The notes: generated by a model from the letters alone, not told the origin. Shown: positions 29,283 to 41,700, numbered from the stretch's first letter. The stretch: DNA of 64,000 nt from an uncultured Gemmatimonadaceae bacterium (GCA_963761305.1 CAVXGK010000001.1:1727417-1791416), one strand, 5' to 3'. Made by a program: numbers and translations.

Positions 29283-30772
29283 AGAAGGGCGGATTGGAGG
29301 ATGTTACACCCCGCCCGGGTGAACTCATCGATTCGCTCCGCGACTTCGGATACACGTTGCACTCGGCCATCGCGGACCTCGTGGACAACAGTATCACGGC
29401 GGAGGCGCATAAGATCGCTATAACCGTTGCGCCAGAAGGTCAGCGCCCCGCGCACATCGGTGTCGTCGATGACGGCAGAGGAATGTCTGTCGAGACGCTT
29501 GTCGAGGCGATGCGGCTCGGGACGAAGGGGCCGCGGGCCACGCGAGCGCCGGGCGATCTGGGCCGTTTCGGCCTCGGGATGAAAACCGCGTCGCTGTCCC
29601 AAGGCAGATCGGTGACCGTCATTACAAAGCGCGCCGGAGAAGAACCGAGTGGCCGCTGTCTGGATGTGCGGTTCGTACGGGATGAAAAGGCGTGGTCGCT
29701 GAAGGCGCCAGACTCGCGTCTTGCGATTGAGTACGCGGCGATCGTCGATGCTCAGGCGTGCGGCACAGCGGTCATCATCGAGGACCTAGATCGCGCCACC
29801 TTTCTCAAAGTGCCGCCCGCCCAGTTACACGAGCACCTCGGCATGGCATTAAGCATCGTGGCTGACCATCTGGGCCTAGTCTTTCATCGATTCATTGCCG
29901 ACGGTCTGCAGATTCGAATCGGCGAGAAAACCATCGCCGGCTGGGATCCGTTTCTCTCCGGACAGTCCACCGCGCTGCCCACGAGGCATGCGTCTCGAAG
30001 GAGCGCCGATCGTCCTGTCACCTTATGTACTTCCACATAAGTCAAGGCTTTCGTCAGATGACGAACACACGCGCGCGGGCGGGCCCCGCGGCTGGAATGA
30101 GCACCAAGGGTTCTACATTTACAGGTGCGGTCGTCTGATCGTGCCCGGCACGTGGCTGAACTTGGGACGAAGAAAGAGGAGCACTATAAGCTCGCACGAA
30201 TCGCCGTTGATCTTCCCAACAGTATGGATGAGGCATGGCACCTGAACGTGACGAAAGCGCACGTTGCCGCGCCAGCGTATCTCCGGGATGATCTGCGGCG
30301 CATCGCCCGTCGGACACGGAGCGATGCGTCAAACGTCTTCCGGTATCGAGGAGAGCGCGCAGCGCCGACGCAGGGACCACCAGAACGGTTCGTATGGAAG
30401 CGCGAGGAGACGCAATCCGGCGTCCGCTTCCGTATCGACCGGAGTCACCCGGTGATCCGCGCGCTACTCCATGCGGGTTGTGGACACGAAAGTCTGCTGA
30501 ATGGTGCGTTCGAGCTGGTGGAGCGTACGGTGCCGATTGCGGCAATGCTTCAGGATCCGGGAAGCGCCGTTGACGGGAGCGTCGAAGATCCGGATGCCAA
30601 ATTGCTGACGCACATGGCGTCACTGGCGAGTCACACGCAGGCTTTCCTGATCCGCGCGGGCAAGTCTCCGCAACAGGCCCGTCACATCGTACTCACCTCC
30701 GAACCGTTTGTTCGCTGGCGCGCAGCGCTCCAGCCCCTCCTCGGAAGCGACTTAGTCAACTCTGAACCATGA
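29279..30772 (+). CDS. MORC/MutL-like GHKL ATPase (frameshifts near 30000 and 30170)
   Basis: LRDFGYTLHSAIADLVDNS, DDGRGM, DLGRFGLGMKTAS, QGFYIYRCGRLI and YKLARIAVD. Confidence 0.88.
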
Positions 30773-31219
30773 GCGCTCCTTTCACTCAGTTCACTGCGGC
30801 GCAGGTCGTTGAAATCCTGATGCAGTTGTTTCAGAGCGGGGCGGACGTCACGCCAGCTCAAGTCCAGGAACGGGTCCAACAATTCTTGGAAGCGCCGGGT
30901 TTCGGCCACCTGAAGCCCGAGATCGCCTCGATCGTCGACGAAATACTGCGGCGCATCAAAGTCGTGATTGGTGCGGCGGCCGTTCTTGATGACGATGACG
31001 ATCACATCGACTGGCTTGAGGACGCGGACCGATCGAGCTGGCGTCTGTGGCCGCGGCTTGAGGATTATCTGAAGCGCATCGACAAATTGCCGCCCGCCGT
31101 CGTCGGTGAGGTCGGCCGATCCACGGATCTCGTACTCAAACGGTTGGAAAGCCCTGAACGCGATGGACAATGGGACCGACGCGGCTCGTGGTAGGACATG
31201 TTCAGTCTGGAAGACGACC
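30769..31219 (+). CDS. N-terminal fragment of a Z1-domain SF2 helicase-like/endonuclease protein, truncated at the junction
   Basis: W.LW.R...YL, STDLVLKRLESP, then RRG-LVVGHVQSG-KT across frameshifts; follows the MORC gene as in known Z1 loci. Confidence 0.8.
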
Positions 31220-31225
31220 CACCAA
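31217..31225. other. Junction between two unrelated sequences
   Basis: The Z1 gene stops at its Walker A motif and mazG stops before its C-terminus, head-on; abrupt change in GC content and codon style. Confidence 0.85.
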
Positions 31226-31940
31226 CGGAAAGATAGCGCGCAATATTTACGAGCACAAAGAAGAGATCGCCAACTTCATCTTCCACACGCTGTCTGAGTT
31301 CTTCCGGAAGCATGAGTTTTTCAGCAGGCGAATCAGCGGACGGAATCTTTTGCACCTGCTCCTGTAATTCATGTGTCTCTTCAGAGAGCTTCTCAAATAG
31401 GCCTTGCACTGTGGGCCAGTCAAAGCCAATATGTGCCGCCTTGGAGCTGATTTTGTGGGCCTCTTGCAGTCCCGGCATTTTGAAGAAACGCCATCCAGCA
31501 GCAGTTGCGGCTTGGTCTGCAAGCTTTCGCCGCTATTGTGCAAATTTTTTGCTTCTCTTCTGCTTTCAGGGCTTCCCAGTTCTTTAGCACCTGGGCAGAA
31601 TCGTCTGCCTTTGTGTCGCCAAAAACATGGGGATGGCGGTGGATCAGCTTGTTACTAAGGGCATCAAGGACGTCGTCAATCGTGAATGAGCCCTGTTCCT
31701 GGGCCATTTCGGCATAAAACAGCACCTGCAGCAGCAGGTCTCCCAGTTCGCCTGTAAGCTCTTTCCAGTCCCTGTTTTCAATAGCTTCCAGAACTTCATA
31801 GGTTTCTTCCAGGGTGTAACGCTTGATTGTGTCGAAGGTTTGTTCACGGTCCCATGGCATTCGCCGGGCGCCCTAAGCCGGGCCATGATAAAACTGCACG
31901 TTCGAATTTTGCGCCTGTTAACACAAAAGTAATGTATCAT
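31223..31940 (-). CDS. mazG: Nucleoside triphosphate pyrophosphohydrolase MazG (frameshifted, 3' truncated; start approximate)
   Basis: IMARLRAPG, PWDREQT, EETYEV, ELGDLLLQV, RHPHVFG, GFDW and EVGDLFFVLVNIAR. Confidence 0.92.
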
Positions 31941-32020
31941 TGCGGCGACTTTCCCAAAAAACTGCGTCGCGGCCAAAGTAACAGGCGACACTAAAAATAC
32001 TGGCCTTTCCGGGGGTCTAA

Positions 32021-33809
32021 ATGCCTTTGTATTTGAAAAGCAGCGGCAAGAACGTTTTAAGAAGCGCATTGGACGCTCGCAAGCTGCTGCCATTCGCTTT
32101 CATGTTGATGCTTGCCTTCCTTGTGGCCATGGCCTGGGACAGCTTTTCCCGCACGCGCGAACTTCTGAGTTCACAAACGTACGTGGAGCATACCCACCAG
32201 GTCCTTTATGAACTGGATGCCATTCAAGATGGCTTGGGCGATGCGCGTGAAGCGTGGCTCCACTACATCCTGACGCCGGAACAACAGGATCTTGATACCT
32301 TTGCGGAATCTCCAAGCAGATATGGAAACGCGTGGCGCTTGTGGAAGAGTTGACCAAAGGCGATCCACAAGAAGAAAGAATCAAACAACTTCAGGTGTGG
32401 ATCACGGAAGAATTGAAGCAGCTAAGCGACAACCTGCGTACCAACAAGACGCTGCTCATTTATCACAGCCCGGCAACCGACTTTAAGCAAGACCGGGTGC
32501 GCAACGCGGTACAGAAGTTCAAAGACGAACAAGAAGTCATTCTGCATGAGCGCAATCTGGCAACGCAGGCGCGGGCGCAGGAAGTGGAGCGCAGCGTATC
32601 AGTCCGCGTGGGTATCTTCAGCGCGTTGATGGCGTTCCTGTTTCTGCTGGTGATCCGCGAATCAAAGAAGTTGCGCATCGCGGAGCAAGCAGCTCTGCAT
32701 TCGCAAAACAGGCTTGAGGGGTCACTGCAGCAACTCCAGATTGAAACTGAAAGCGGCAAACTGCTGAATGAGTTGCAGGCCAATCTGCAGATATGCGTGA
32801 ACCCGCCCGAAGCTTATGAAGTGCTGGGCGCGTATGCGCAAAGATTTATTCCCAACAGCGCAGGCGCTGTTTTTGCCATTGATAGTTCACGCAACCTGAT
32901 GGGCGTAATGGCAAGCTGGGCGACTCGCTGAGTCCAACACAACACATCCTTTCGCCAGATGATTGCTGCGCCATGCGCGGCAGCCGTCTCCATTTGCGCG
33001 TGGAAAATTCTCAGGGTATTTCTTGCCGGCATTTCAGCGGCAGTATTCCAGATGCTTATGCCTGCTTACCGCTGGCAGCCCTGGGCGAAACGCTGGGCAT
33101 CCTGCACATCAGCACATCCAGCTCTGAGATGTTTACGGCTGCGCGGCTGGCGATGGTCCAGCAGGCTGGAGAATATGCGGCATTGCGCCTGGCCAACCTA
33201 CGGTTGCGCGAGAAGCTGCATGATCAGTCGATCCGTGATCCACTCACCGGTCTATATAACCGCCGGTTTCTGGAAGCGACTCTGGAGCAGGAGCTCCACC
33301 GCTCCAGCCGCCACCATACCGGCCTGGGCGTGATCATGGCGGACATCGACAAGTTCAAGGTCTTCAATGACAGTTTTGGCCATACTGCCGGCGACATTGT
33401 GCTGAAAGAAGTGGCAGCCATGTTGCGGCGTTCCGTGCGCACTGAAGATATTGTCTGCCGTTACGGTGGAGAAGAGTTCCTGATGGTGCTGCCCGATACC
33501 TCTCTTGAGAGCGTGCGCGAGCGCACCGAACTTATGCGCGAAGCGGTGGCCAAGCTGGAACTGCAGCATGCAGGACACTCGCTGGGGAAAATCACCGCGT
33601 CGTTCGGGATCTCTTTCTCGCAGGATGGCGTACTCACTCCGGAGATCCTGTTGCGCTATGCCGACGAAGCTCTCTATGAGTCAAAACGGCGTGGCTGCAA
33701 CTGCGTGAGCCTGAGTGATTCCGTGGCTAATCTGCTGGCAGCGGAAGAGCCTACCCCAAGCAAAGATCCCGCGCCTGCGCCGCTGACTTTTAAAGTCGCG
33801 CAGAGCTGA
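32021..33809 (+). CDS. Membrane diguanylate cyclase (CHASE3-like sensor, GAF, GGDEF); two frameshifts
   Basis: TM helix, VEHTHQV, second TM helix, DPLTGLYNRR, DIDKFK, RTEDIVCRYGGEEF (RxxD I-site present). Confidence 0.9.
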
Positions 33810-33828
33810 TATTTCATACGCTATACAT

Positions 33829-33868
33829 AGAGGAGGTGCCGTTGCTCACGGCATCTCCTCTTTTTTTT
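33829..33868 (+). terminator. Rho-independent terminator
   Basis: AGAGGAGGTGCCGT-loop-ACGGCATCTCCTCT followed by a T run. Confidence 0.85.
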
Positions 33869-34035
33869 GCATCTAAAGTCATGCCATTTTGACGTCATAT
33901 CGAAAACCAGCTCTGCGGCCTGGTGACAACTCAATCGGATCAGTTGTAGTAAACTTGAAGTTTGCGCTGCTGTTGGTGCATCTATTTAAGAAGGCCTTGG
34001 CGCCGGTCATCCTTTTTTAAGGCCACTGATTTCCA

Positions 34036-35790
34036 ATGAATCAGACATCTCCGAAAAAAAATCCGCTGGGATATGTAACGTTTGCTCTTCACTCCCACCT
34101 GCCTTATGTGGTCAACCATGGAACGTGGCCGCATGGAATGGAATGGCTGCATGAGGCGGCTGCAGAAACCTATCTGCCTCTTATACGGGTTTTTGGCGAG
34201 TTGGAGCAGCAAGGTCTGGCACTGAAGGCGAACGTAAATCTCTCGCCTATTCTGCTGGAACAGCTCTCGCATCCTGTGTTCAAAGACGAGTTTCCCAAAT
34301 ACCTGCTGCGCAAAATCGAAGCCGCACATAAAGACGCCGACGACTTCACGCTGGAAGGCGATAAGCATATGGTTGAGGTATCGCGCTTCTGGCTGCATTT
34401 TTATGAGCAGGCGCTGCGCCAGTTTGACGATCTGAATGCCAATATCATTCGTGGCTTCCAGCACTTCTACGATACCGGCGCAATCGAAATTATTACCTGC
34501 GGCGCAACGCACGGTTACTTCCCTCTGCTCGGCACGGATTCATCCATCCGCGCGCAAGTACGACGGCGTGGAGACACACGAAGTTTCTTCAACCGGAAGC
34601 CGCGCGGCATCTGGTTGCCGGAATGCGGATACCGTCCTGCAGGCGAGTGGCAGTTTCCCGTGGCTCCTGCAGGCGCTTCCTCTTACAACCGGCATCCGTT
34701 TTATCGTGACGGTGTAGAGCAGATTCTTGCCGAACACGATCTGCAGTTCTTTTATGTCGACACTCATCTGGTGGACAGCTCCACGCGTTTTACGCCCTAC
34801 CAGTTGATGGCGGGCGACGTTCCTATTGCTCTGGAAACCGAGTCGGAGTCCGACACCGAGCACAAGAATTTCTATCGCCCTTACTACACAGAAAGTCCTG
34901 ATCCGGAAGCTCACGTGGCATTCTTCACGCGCGACCCACGCACCAGCGTGCAGGTCTGGAGCGGCGATCATGGCTATCCGGGCGACGCAAATTATCTGGA
35001 GTTCCACAAGAAGCGCTGGCCTGGTGGCAATCGCTACTGGCGTATTACAGGCCCAAAGGTCGATCTGGGACTCAAGCAGGCGTATGACCCCGCGATTGCG
35101 CTGGAGCGTACGCGCGCCCATGCAAAACATTTTGCGCATATTACCGCAGAAACACTGGAGCGCCATGGCAAGAACGCCCCTGGCATCCCTGTATTGACCG
35201 CGCCGTTTGATGCCGAGCTTTTTGGGCATTGGTGGTTTGAAGGTCCGGAGTGGCTGAAGAACGTAGTGCTGGAATCGCCAAGACCGGAATCACAGGTTGA
35301 GCTGATTTCCTGCCCTGAATACCTGAGCCAGTCTCCGCCCAGCGGTTACGTTGCTTTGCCGGAAGGATCATGGGGCGCGGAGAGCAATAACAGCGTCTGG
35401 CTGAATGACGACACGGCATGGACCTGGACGCATATCTATCCCGCGGAGCTGGCTGTACAGCAGATGGCCAACAGCGGTTTGTGGCGCGGCCATGAAATAG
35501 CGACACGGCTGGCCAAGCAGTTATGCCGTGAGCTGCTGTTGCTGGAATCTTCTGATTGGCAATTTCTAATCACCACCAAGGCTGCGCGCGACTACGCCGA
35601 GAAACGCTTTAATACTCATCTGGAGCAGTTCCGTGCTTTGCTCGATACATGGCGCCGTTTTGAAGTGACCCATCAGATCCCGGCGGACAAACTGCAGGAG
35701 CTGGAAGCGATCGAATTGCGCGATTCCGTCTTTCCTGAGATTGACCCTGATTTATGGGCCAAAACCGAAGCTGTCTTAGAGCACGCTTAG
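34036..35790 (+). CDS. GH57 1,4-alpha-glucan branching enzyme (DUF1957)
   Basis: LHSHLPYV, ETYLPL, ATHGYFPL, GIWLPECGY, PFDAELFGHWWFEG and ESSDWQF. Confidence 0.93.
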   Translation: MNQTSPKKNPLGYVTFALHSHLPYVVNHGTWPHGMEWLHEAAAETYLPLIRVFGELEQQGLALKANVNLSPILLEQLSHPVFKDEFPKYLLRKIEAAHKDADDFTLEGDKHMVEVSRFWLHFYEQALRQFDDLNANIIRGFQHFYDTGAIEIITCGATHGYFPLLGTDSSIRAQVRRRGDTRSFFNRKPRGIWLPECGYRPAGEWQFPVAPAGASSYNRHPFYRDGVEQILAEHDLQFFYVDTHLVDSSTRFTPYQLMAGDVPIALETESESDTEHKNFYRPYYTESPDPEAHVAFFTRDPRTSVQVWSGDHGYPGDANYLEFHKKRWPGGNRYWRITGPKVDLGLKQAYDPAIALERTRAHAKHFAHITAETLERHGKNAPGIPVLTAPFDAELFGHWWFEGPEWLKNVVLESPRPESQVELISCPEYLSQSPPSGYVALPEGSWGAESNNSVWLNDDTAWTWTHIYPAELAVQQMANSGLWRGHEIATRLAKQLCRELLLLESSDWQFLITTKAARDYAEKRFNTHLEQFRALLDTWRRFEVTHQIPADKLQELEAIELRDSVFPEIDPDLWAKTEAVLEHA

Positions 35791-35879
35791 GCTGTAAGTC
35801 CTTAAAAAATCACGCTTTTCACAATGTATTCCGAAGTAATGTTGTGGTGTGCCTAAAAAGCATCTAAATAGATGTAAAT

Positions 35880-37547
35880 GTGAGCAGCCCAATTCAAACC
35901 AATAACCAGAATTTTGACGTTCTGGTAATCGGCGGCGGCATTAACGGTGTTGCCATTGCGCGTGAGTGCGCGCAGTGGAGCAAACGTACGATACTGGTTG
36001 AGCAAAACGATTTTTCTTCCGGCACTACCAGCCGCTCCACACGAATAATCCATGGCGGACTGCGCTACCTGGAATATGGAGAGTTCGGCCTGGTGCGTGA
36101 ATCCCTGCGCGAACGCGAGCGCATGCTGAATCAAATGCCGCATCTGGTCCGGCCACTTCAGTTTCTGTTGGCCTTGCCAAAACAATCCTGCTCGATTAAG
36201 CGTAGTTCACTTGCCATCCGGACCGGTCTTTGGCTTTACCACAAGTGGGCCGGAGGAAAACGCCCGGCATCCGTTGATTGCACGGCCTTCGAACAGCAAT
36301 TAGATAATGGCAATGCCTGGTCAGTCTATTCCTATGAAGACGCCCAGTGTGAATTTCCAGAACGTCTGGTGGCCGAATGGCTGGCGGAAAGCGTGGAAGC
36401 CGGCGCAGTGGTGTGCAATCACACGCAGCTGCTGGAGATTTCCCGCAACAATGGGCGCGTCACTGGCGCCAGGCTGCGCGACCGCATTTCCGGACAGGAA
36501 TATGCCGTTCAAGCTTCTCATATTGTGAATGCAACGGGACCATGGGCAGATACTGTGATCGCCGCTTCAGGCATATCCACCCCGCGGATGATTGGCGGCG
36601 TGCGCGGGTCTCATCTGGTTCTGCCGAAATTTACCGGCGCGCCAGAACAAGCTATTTACACCGAAGCAGTCGATGGCCGCCCCATCTTCGTGATTCCCTG
36701 GAACGGCCAGTTTCTGGTTGGCACCAGCGAGGTTGCCGACTCCAATACGCCTGACAATCCGCAGCCCAGCACGGAAGAGATTGAATATTTGTTCAAAAGT
36801 TTCGCGCGGCTCTTTCCCCGCTCCGGACTTACACAGGCCGATATTCGTTATGACTTTGCCGGAGTCCGCCCACTTCCCTTTTCGCCAGGGAAGGTCTCTT
36901 CATCCGTGACCCGCAGACACATTTTGCATGACCATGCGGGTGAAGGCGCCGCAGGCCTGATTTCCGTGATTGGCGGCAAGCTCACCACGGCAGCGAGCCT
37001 GGCCCGCGAAGTTGGACGCAAATTGGGCATCGATATTCCTGAGCCGGTCAACGTATTTGCATCGCCAGCGATGGAAGAAGATGTGGAGTCTACGGTGCGG
37101 CAGTGGGCGCGACTGGTCGCCTGCAAAGCAAAAATTCCGCAGGGTTGCGCGGAAGCGATTGCGGAATGGCATGGCCGCCATGCGCTGGCGATTGCACACG
37201 CGGCATCCCTCGATGAGCGTTTGCGTGAACCGCTTTGCCCGCATAGCTGCCATCTGGTAGCGGAGGCAGTGGAAGCTGTGGCACATGAATCCGCCGTTAC
37301 CCTGGGCGATATTCTTCTCCGCCGTGTACCGGTTGCGCTGGGAGCCTGCTGGTCAGAAGAGTGCAGCCGCGAGGCCGCGCCCAAGATTGGCCGCGCCCTG
37401 GGCTGGGACCAGTCGCGTATTTCCATAGAGCTGCAGCGACTGGAAGAAGAACGTGAGCAGTTCCTGCACCCGCGCCATGGCCAGCAGTTGGATCCAAAAA
37501 AAGGTTGCGGCAGCCAGCCCTCGCCACTGCAGAGTGAAAGCGCGTAG
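35880..37547 (+). CDS. glpD: FAD-dependent glycerol-3-phosphate dehydrogenase/oxidase
   Basis: IGGGING, SGTTSRSTRIIHGGLRYLE, NATGPW, AGVRPL and GGKLTT. Confidence 0.88.
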   Translation: MSSPIQTNNQNFDVLVIGGGINGVAIARECAQWSKRTILVEQNDFSSGTTSRSTRIIHGGLRYLEYGEFGLVRESLRERERMLNQMPHLVRPLQFLLALPKQSCSIKRSSLAIRTGLWLYHKWAGGKRPASVDCTAFEQQLDNGNAWSVYSYEDAQCEFPERLVAEWLAESVEAGAVVCNHTQLLEISRNNGRVTGARLRDRISGQEYAVQASHIVNATGPWADTVIAASGISTPRMIGGVRGSHLVLPKFTGAPEQAIYTEAVDGRPIFVIPWNGQFLVGTSEVADSNTPDNPQPSTEEIEYLFKSFARLFPRSGLTQADIRYDFAGVRPLPFSPGKVSSSVTRRHILHDHAGEGAAGLISVIGGKLTTAASLAREVGRKLGIDIPEPVNVFASPAMEEDVESTVRQWARLVACKAKIPQGCAEAIAEWHGRHALAIAHAASLDERLREPLCPHSCHLVAEAVEAVAHESAVTLGDILLRRVPVALGACWSEECSREAAPKIGRALGWDQSRISIELQRLEEEREQFLHPRHGQQLDPKKGCGSQPSPLQSESA

Positions 37548-37656
37548 AGCTTCTTCCCTGCTCGTTAGCATTCCCGTCCCTTGCCGCGTTATCCAGCGCT
37601 GGATTTCCTTGATAGTCACGCCATCTGCGCCGTAGAATTCCCAATCGATTACTCTC

Positions 37657-38172
37657 ATGCCAATGAGCTTATCTTTTGAAATTGCCGTGGAAGACGATGT
37701 CCGCGCCATAGCTGCAGTGCGCAACGTAGCAGCAGAACATCTCACCGGCAAATATGGACAAGGCAGATGGTCGCATCTTGCAACCGCGCGCAGTGTGCAG
37801 GTGCATGAGTTCATGCGTCCGAAATTTCAACGGACTTTGATCGCGCGCGATGGCAGCAAGGTGATTGCCACACTATGCCTGCAGACTAAAAAGCCCTGGG
37901 CCATCGATGTGAAATATTTCACCAGAGTCAGCAAAGCGCTTTACCTGATTGGCATGGCGGTCCACCCGGACTGGCAAGGAAAGGGCGTGGGACGGCTGAT
38001 TCTAAAAGAGGCGGGGGATATCGCCAGAAACTGGCCAAGCAACGCGATTCGTCTTGACGCATGGGATGCCGACGCGGGCGCTGGACCGTTTTATGTGAAG
38101 TGCGGCTTTCGCGACGTGGGACACGTGATCTATCGCACAGCGCCGATTGTCTATTACGAGATGCTGCTGTGA
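37657..38172 (+). CDS. GNAT-family N-acetyltransferase
   Basis: AVHPDWQGKGVG motif A; FYVKCGF. Confidence 0.9.
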   Translation: MPMSLSFEIAVEDDVRAIAAVRNVAAEHLTGKYGQGRWSHLATARSVQVHEFMRPKFQRTLIARDGSKVIATLCLQTKKPWAIDVKYFTRVSKALYLIGMAVHPDWQGKGVGRLILKEAGDIARNWPSNAIRLDAWDADAGAGPFYVKCGFRDVGHVIYRTAPIVYYEMLL

Positions 38173-38792
38173 CTCTTGTGCCGGAGCGAATCACATTAAA
38201 TCGCCCCCCTCCCCCTCCCAATACCATCCGAAGATGGCATAGGGTTGAGCGACCATCATCCCAAGTCATCCCAGATTGGCGTAGGCTTGAGCGATTTACC
38301 TCTCGATTTGGCGTAGAGTTGCTTTTGGTTTTTCCGATGATCCGATGTCGGCGATCACCCGATTTTGTGGCCCTCTGCCTGCATCTTTCAGCCAAACCCC
38401 CCACCCGGCATAGACGTTTTGTTGCAAACAAACGTCAAACCGCAATTCGACCGAGCGGTGACCGAGCGGTCGAACCCCCTTTCTGATGTTTTTCAGGGTT
38501 GTTTGGCTTAGTCGCTAGTGGCCAATTTGCTATTACTAAATTTTCAAAGATCTTCACCGCTTGCACCTTGGGGTGCTGCCGGGAATATAAAGAGTTTTCA
38601 GTTACGAATCAATTGCGAATAAGGACATGTCTTTTGACGCCGTGCCTTGCGGCACAGTAATGCTGGGACAATCAACGAAAATGATTTACATACTTGTAGA
38701 TGCTTGTCCAAACTCATGTAATAATGCATGGCTACCTTGCTAAGGCGTATAACACCATACCAATCGGATATTAACCTCCTTTCGGACCCACG

Positions 38793-41700
38793 ATGCCAGA
38801 ACACTTTCTGTCCTATGATGAAGCCGCGCTTTTGGAACGTCTTTCCAACGGTCTTAAAAAATACGGCCAGCAGGTTTTATTTTTGGTCGGTGCGCCTATG
38901 TCTGCACCGAGCAAACCTGGCATGCCAGGCGTTCCAGGAGTCGATGCACTTGTCGATTTGATCAGAGCAGAGTTTGCCGACGATCCCTTGCAGTTAGTTG
39001 CATTCGAACGTTTTTTGGCTGCTGGAGCGGACAAGAAGTACCAAGCTGCTTTCGTTTTTTTGCTGGGCCGTCGCGGGCAGCCTGTCGCGAATGCAATTGT
39101 AAGAAAAGCGGTCATGGCAGCCCGAAAGCCTGGTTCGGCATTTGCCGATGCCCATTTTGAGAATTTGGCATCTGCCGAAGACGCATGTCGCTTAATGGAC
39201 TTAGATGCTTCTGGCTGGAACCTGACGCCTGGCATGCAAGCTCTGGGGCAATTAGCCAGCCAAGTATCGGGAGTACTTTGGGGGCTCCATACTAACAACA
39301 AACTTTGATCCACTAATACAAGTAGCTATTCAATCATCTGGCGGACATTTCTTCAGAACTACATTACACTCTGACGGTAATTTAGCCACTGAAGGCGATG
39401 GCTGTCATATTATCCATTTACACGGATTTTGGCACGGCTCTGATACGCTTCACACAGGCAGACAACTGGGGCAAGCCAGACCGCAGCTAAAATCGTCTCT
39501 CTCCGCGCTATTGAGAAATAAAGCCGTAGTGGTCTGTGCATATAGCGGCTGGGACGATACATTTACTCGCGCCTTAATGGAAGTTGTGGCGGATGATAAG
39601 GCATCACCCGAAATCATCTGGACATTTTATAAAGACTTACCGCCACCAGAAACGCCTCTTTTACGCTACTTAGAGCCAGGTCTCAACAGAAGTCGGGTCA
39701 CTCTTTATACCAACATCGATTGTCATGAATTTTTCCCAAAGCTCTATAGCAAGTGGTTGACTATTCAACCCCAGATCGTCCAATCGAGTCTTCTTCAGTC
39801 CAATCCAGTCACAATAAGCTCAGAACTTCGGCACCAAGTTGAGACAGTAGTGCGTTCTCCAATTGTCCTTGAAGGGGATGATGAGGATCACCCACCCTTC
39901 GTAGCAGTATGCGTAGGACGGGATAAAGAGCTTCGATTGTTAGAAGAGACGAGTGCGAATGTCATTTTTTTGACGGGACTGGGAGGGCAAGGTAAATCGA
40001 CGCTCGCTGCCCAGTATTTTTCGAGATCTCAATCAAGTGGAAGGTTTGAAGTATATGTTTGGCGTGATTGTAAGGAAGAAAGCGAACGCTTTGAAAACCA
40101 GCTTGCTTCGGTGATTGAGAAATTTTCTGCAGGGACTATTACGGGGGACGATTTGGCTAAGAGGAGTATCGAGTCCCTGACGCAAGTCTTACTTGATCTA
40201 GTAAAGGATACCGCTGTCCTATTCGTGTTCGACAATGTGGATCACTATATCGATCTTGAACTTTTTCGAATGACTGGGAGCCCAGATGTTTTCGTAAAGG
40301 CTCTACTGTTGTCGGGATCGAAATCAAAGGTTGTTTTTACTTGTCGTCCTTCTGTAGCGTACGCTCATCCACGTGCCCTGAGTCTGCACCTTGAAGGATT
40401 GAATATCGACGCTACCCGCCGGCTATTTCTCGAGCGCCGGGCACCGTCCAATTCCAGTGAAATCGAAGACGCTCATGAAATCACGGAAGGCCACGCTTTT
40501 TGGCTTGATTTGTTAGCAGTGCAGGTGGCCCGACGAGCGCCGGAGGTTCAGCTTATTTCGTTAGTTAACGAAATCCGCAACGGTCGAGGCCCGCTACCAG
40601 AAAAGACGTTAACGTCGATTTGGGAGACATTGAAGGAGCAGGAGCAGATGGTGCTTCGCGCGATGGCAGAAACAGTGAAACCAGAGACAGAAGCGGTAAT
40701 TGGCGAATACCTAAGCCCGACGATGAATTACAACAGATTCTCGCGCGCACTCAGGCAGCTCCGCGTCCTAAACTTGATCGTAGTTAAAAAACGACCTCAT
40801 TCTGACGATGTCTTAGAGTTGCACCCGATGGTACGTCAGTTCGTATGGAGAAACTTTAATCACAGAGAACGACTCACTTTCATAGATGCCATTATCCGTG
40901 TTTATCAGCGTTACATAGGCAGTCATAAATCTGCCCTTGCCGAGCGGCCTTCACTATCGACACTCGAATATTGGACTCAAAATGCTGAGCTAGATATTAC
41001 TGCTGGAAGGTTTGCCGATGCATTTTTGATGCTTTCTGAGGTGGCTGATGCTTTCGCCGTCAGCGCATTTCCGCGGGAATTCTTGCGAATTTCTCGTTTG
41101 CTACTTGCTACTGCTGATTGGACTAAGGACCATGCCAAATATAAAGGCTTTGAAAAGGTTATCGGCAGTCATATTTACCAGCTGAGCTATCTTGGAGAGC
41201 ACACAGAAGTGGATTGGATATTAGATAAGTATTCGAGAACAGTATTGAACAGGGATACGCGTTATATTAATTATTGCGAAATGCGCTGTATCTCAAAATG
41301 GGTTAGGGGCGATTTCAGCTCAGCAGTTGAGTGGGGAACAATTGGCCGCGATCTGAAAATCTCTTCTGGAGTGGATACTCACGATAACATAGAACATATG
41401 CTAGCTTTGGCTTTACGCGACGCTGGCGAACCCGAATTAGCGTTGCCTGTCTTTTTGTCCGGGCGGAAGCTTTCTGAAGTGACCGATCCTGAAGAATTGG
41501 ATGAGATCAGAGGCGGTGCCCACTACGGAAATATAGGCCGTTGTCTTCATCTAATGGGACAGATTGATACCGCACTTGTCTGTTATCAAAAGTCTGCGCT
41601 TTTGATAGAAAAAGATTCACGACGAGAACACATCTTGAACCAGGGATATATCAGGGCATGGATTGGCGAGCTACTATTTGGTCGTGGGCAACATCGAATA

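Noticed and set aside
30769..31940. MazG as part of the Z1 defence module
   Set aside because: The adjacency is created by the chimeric junction; this is a housekeeping-type tandem-domain MazG from the other sequence.
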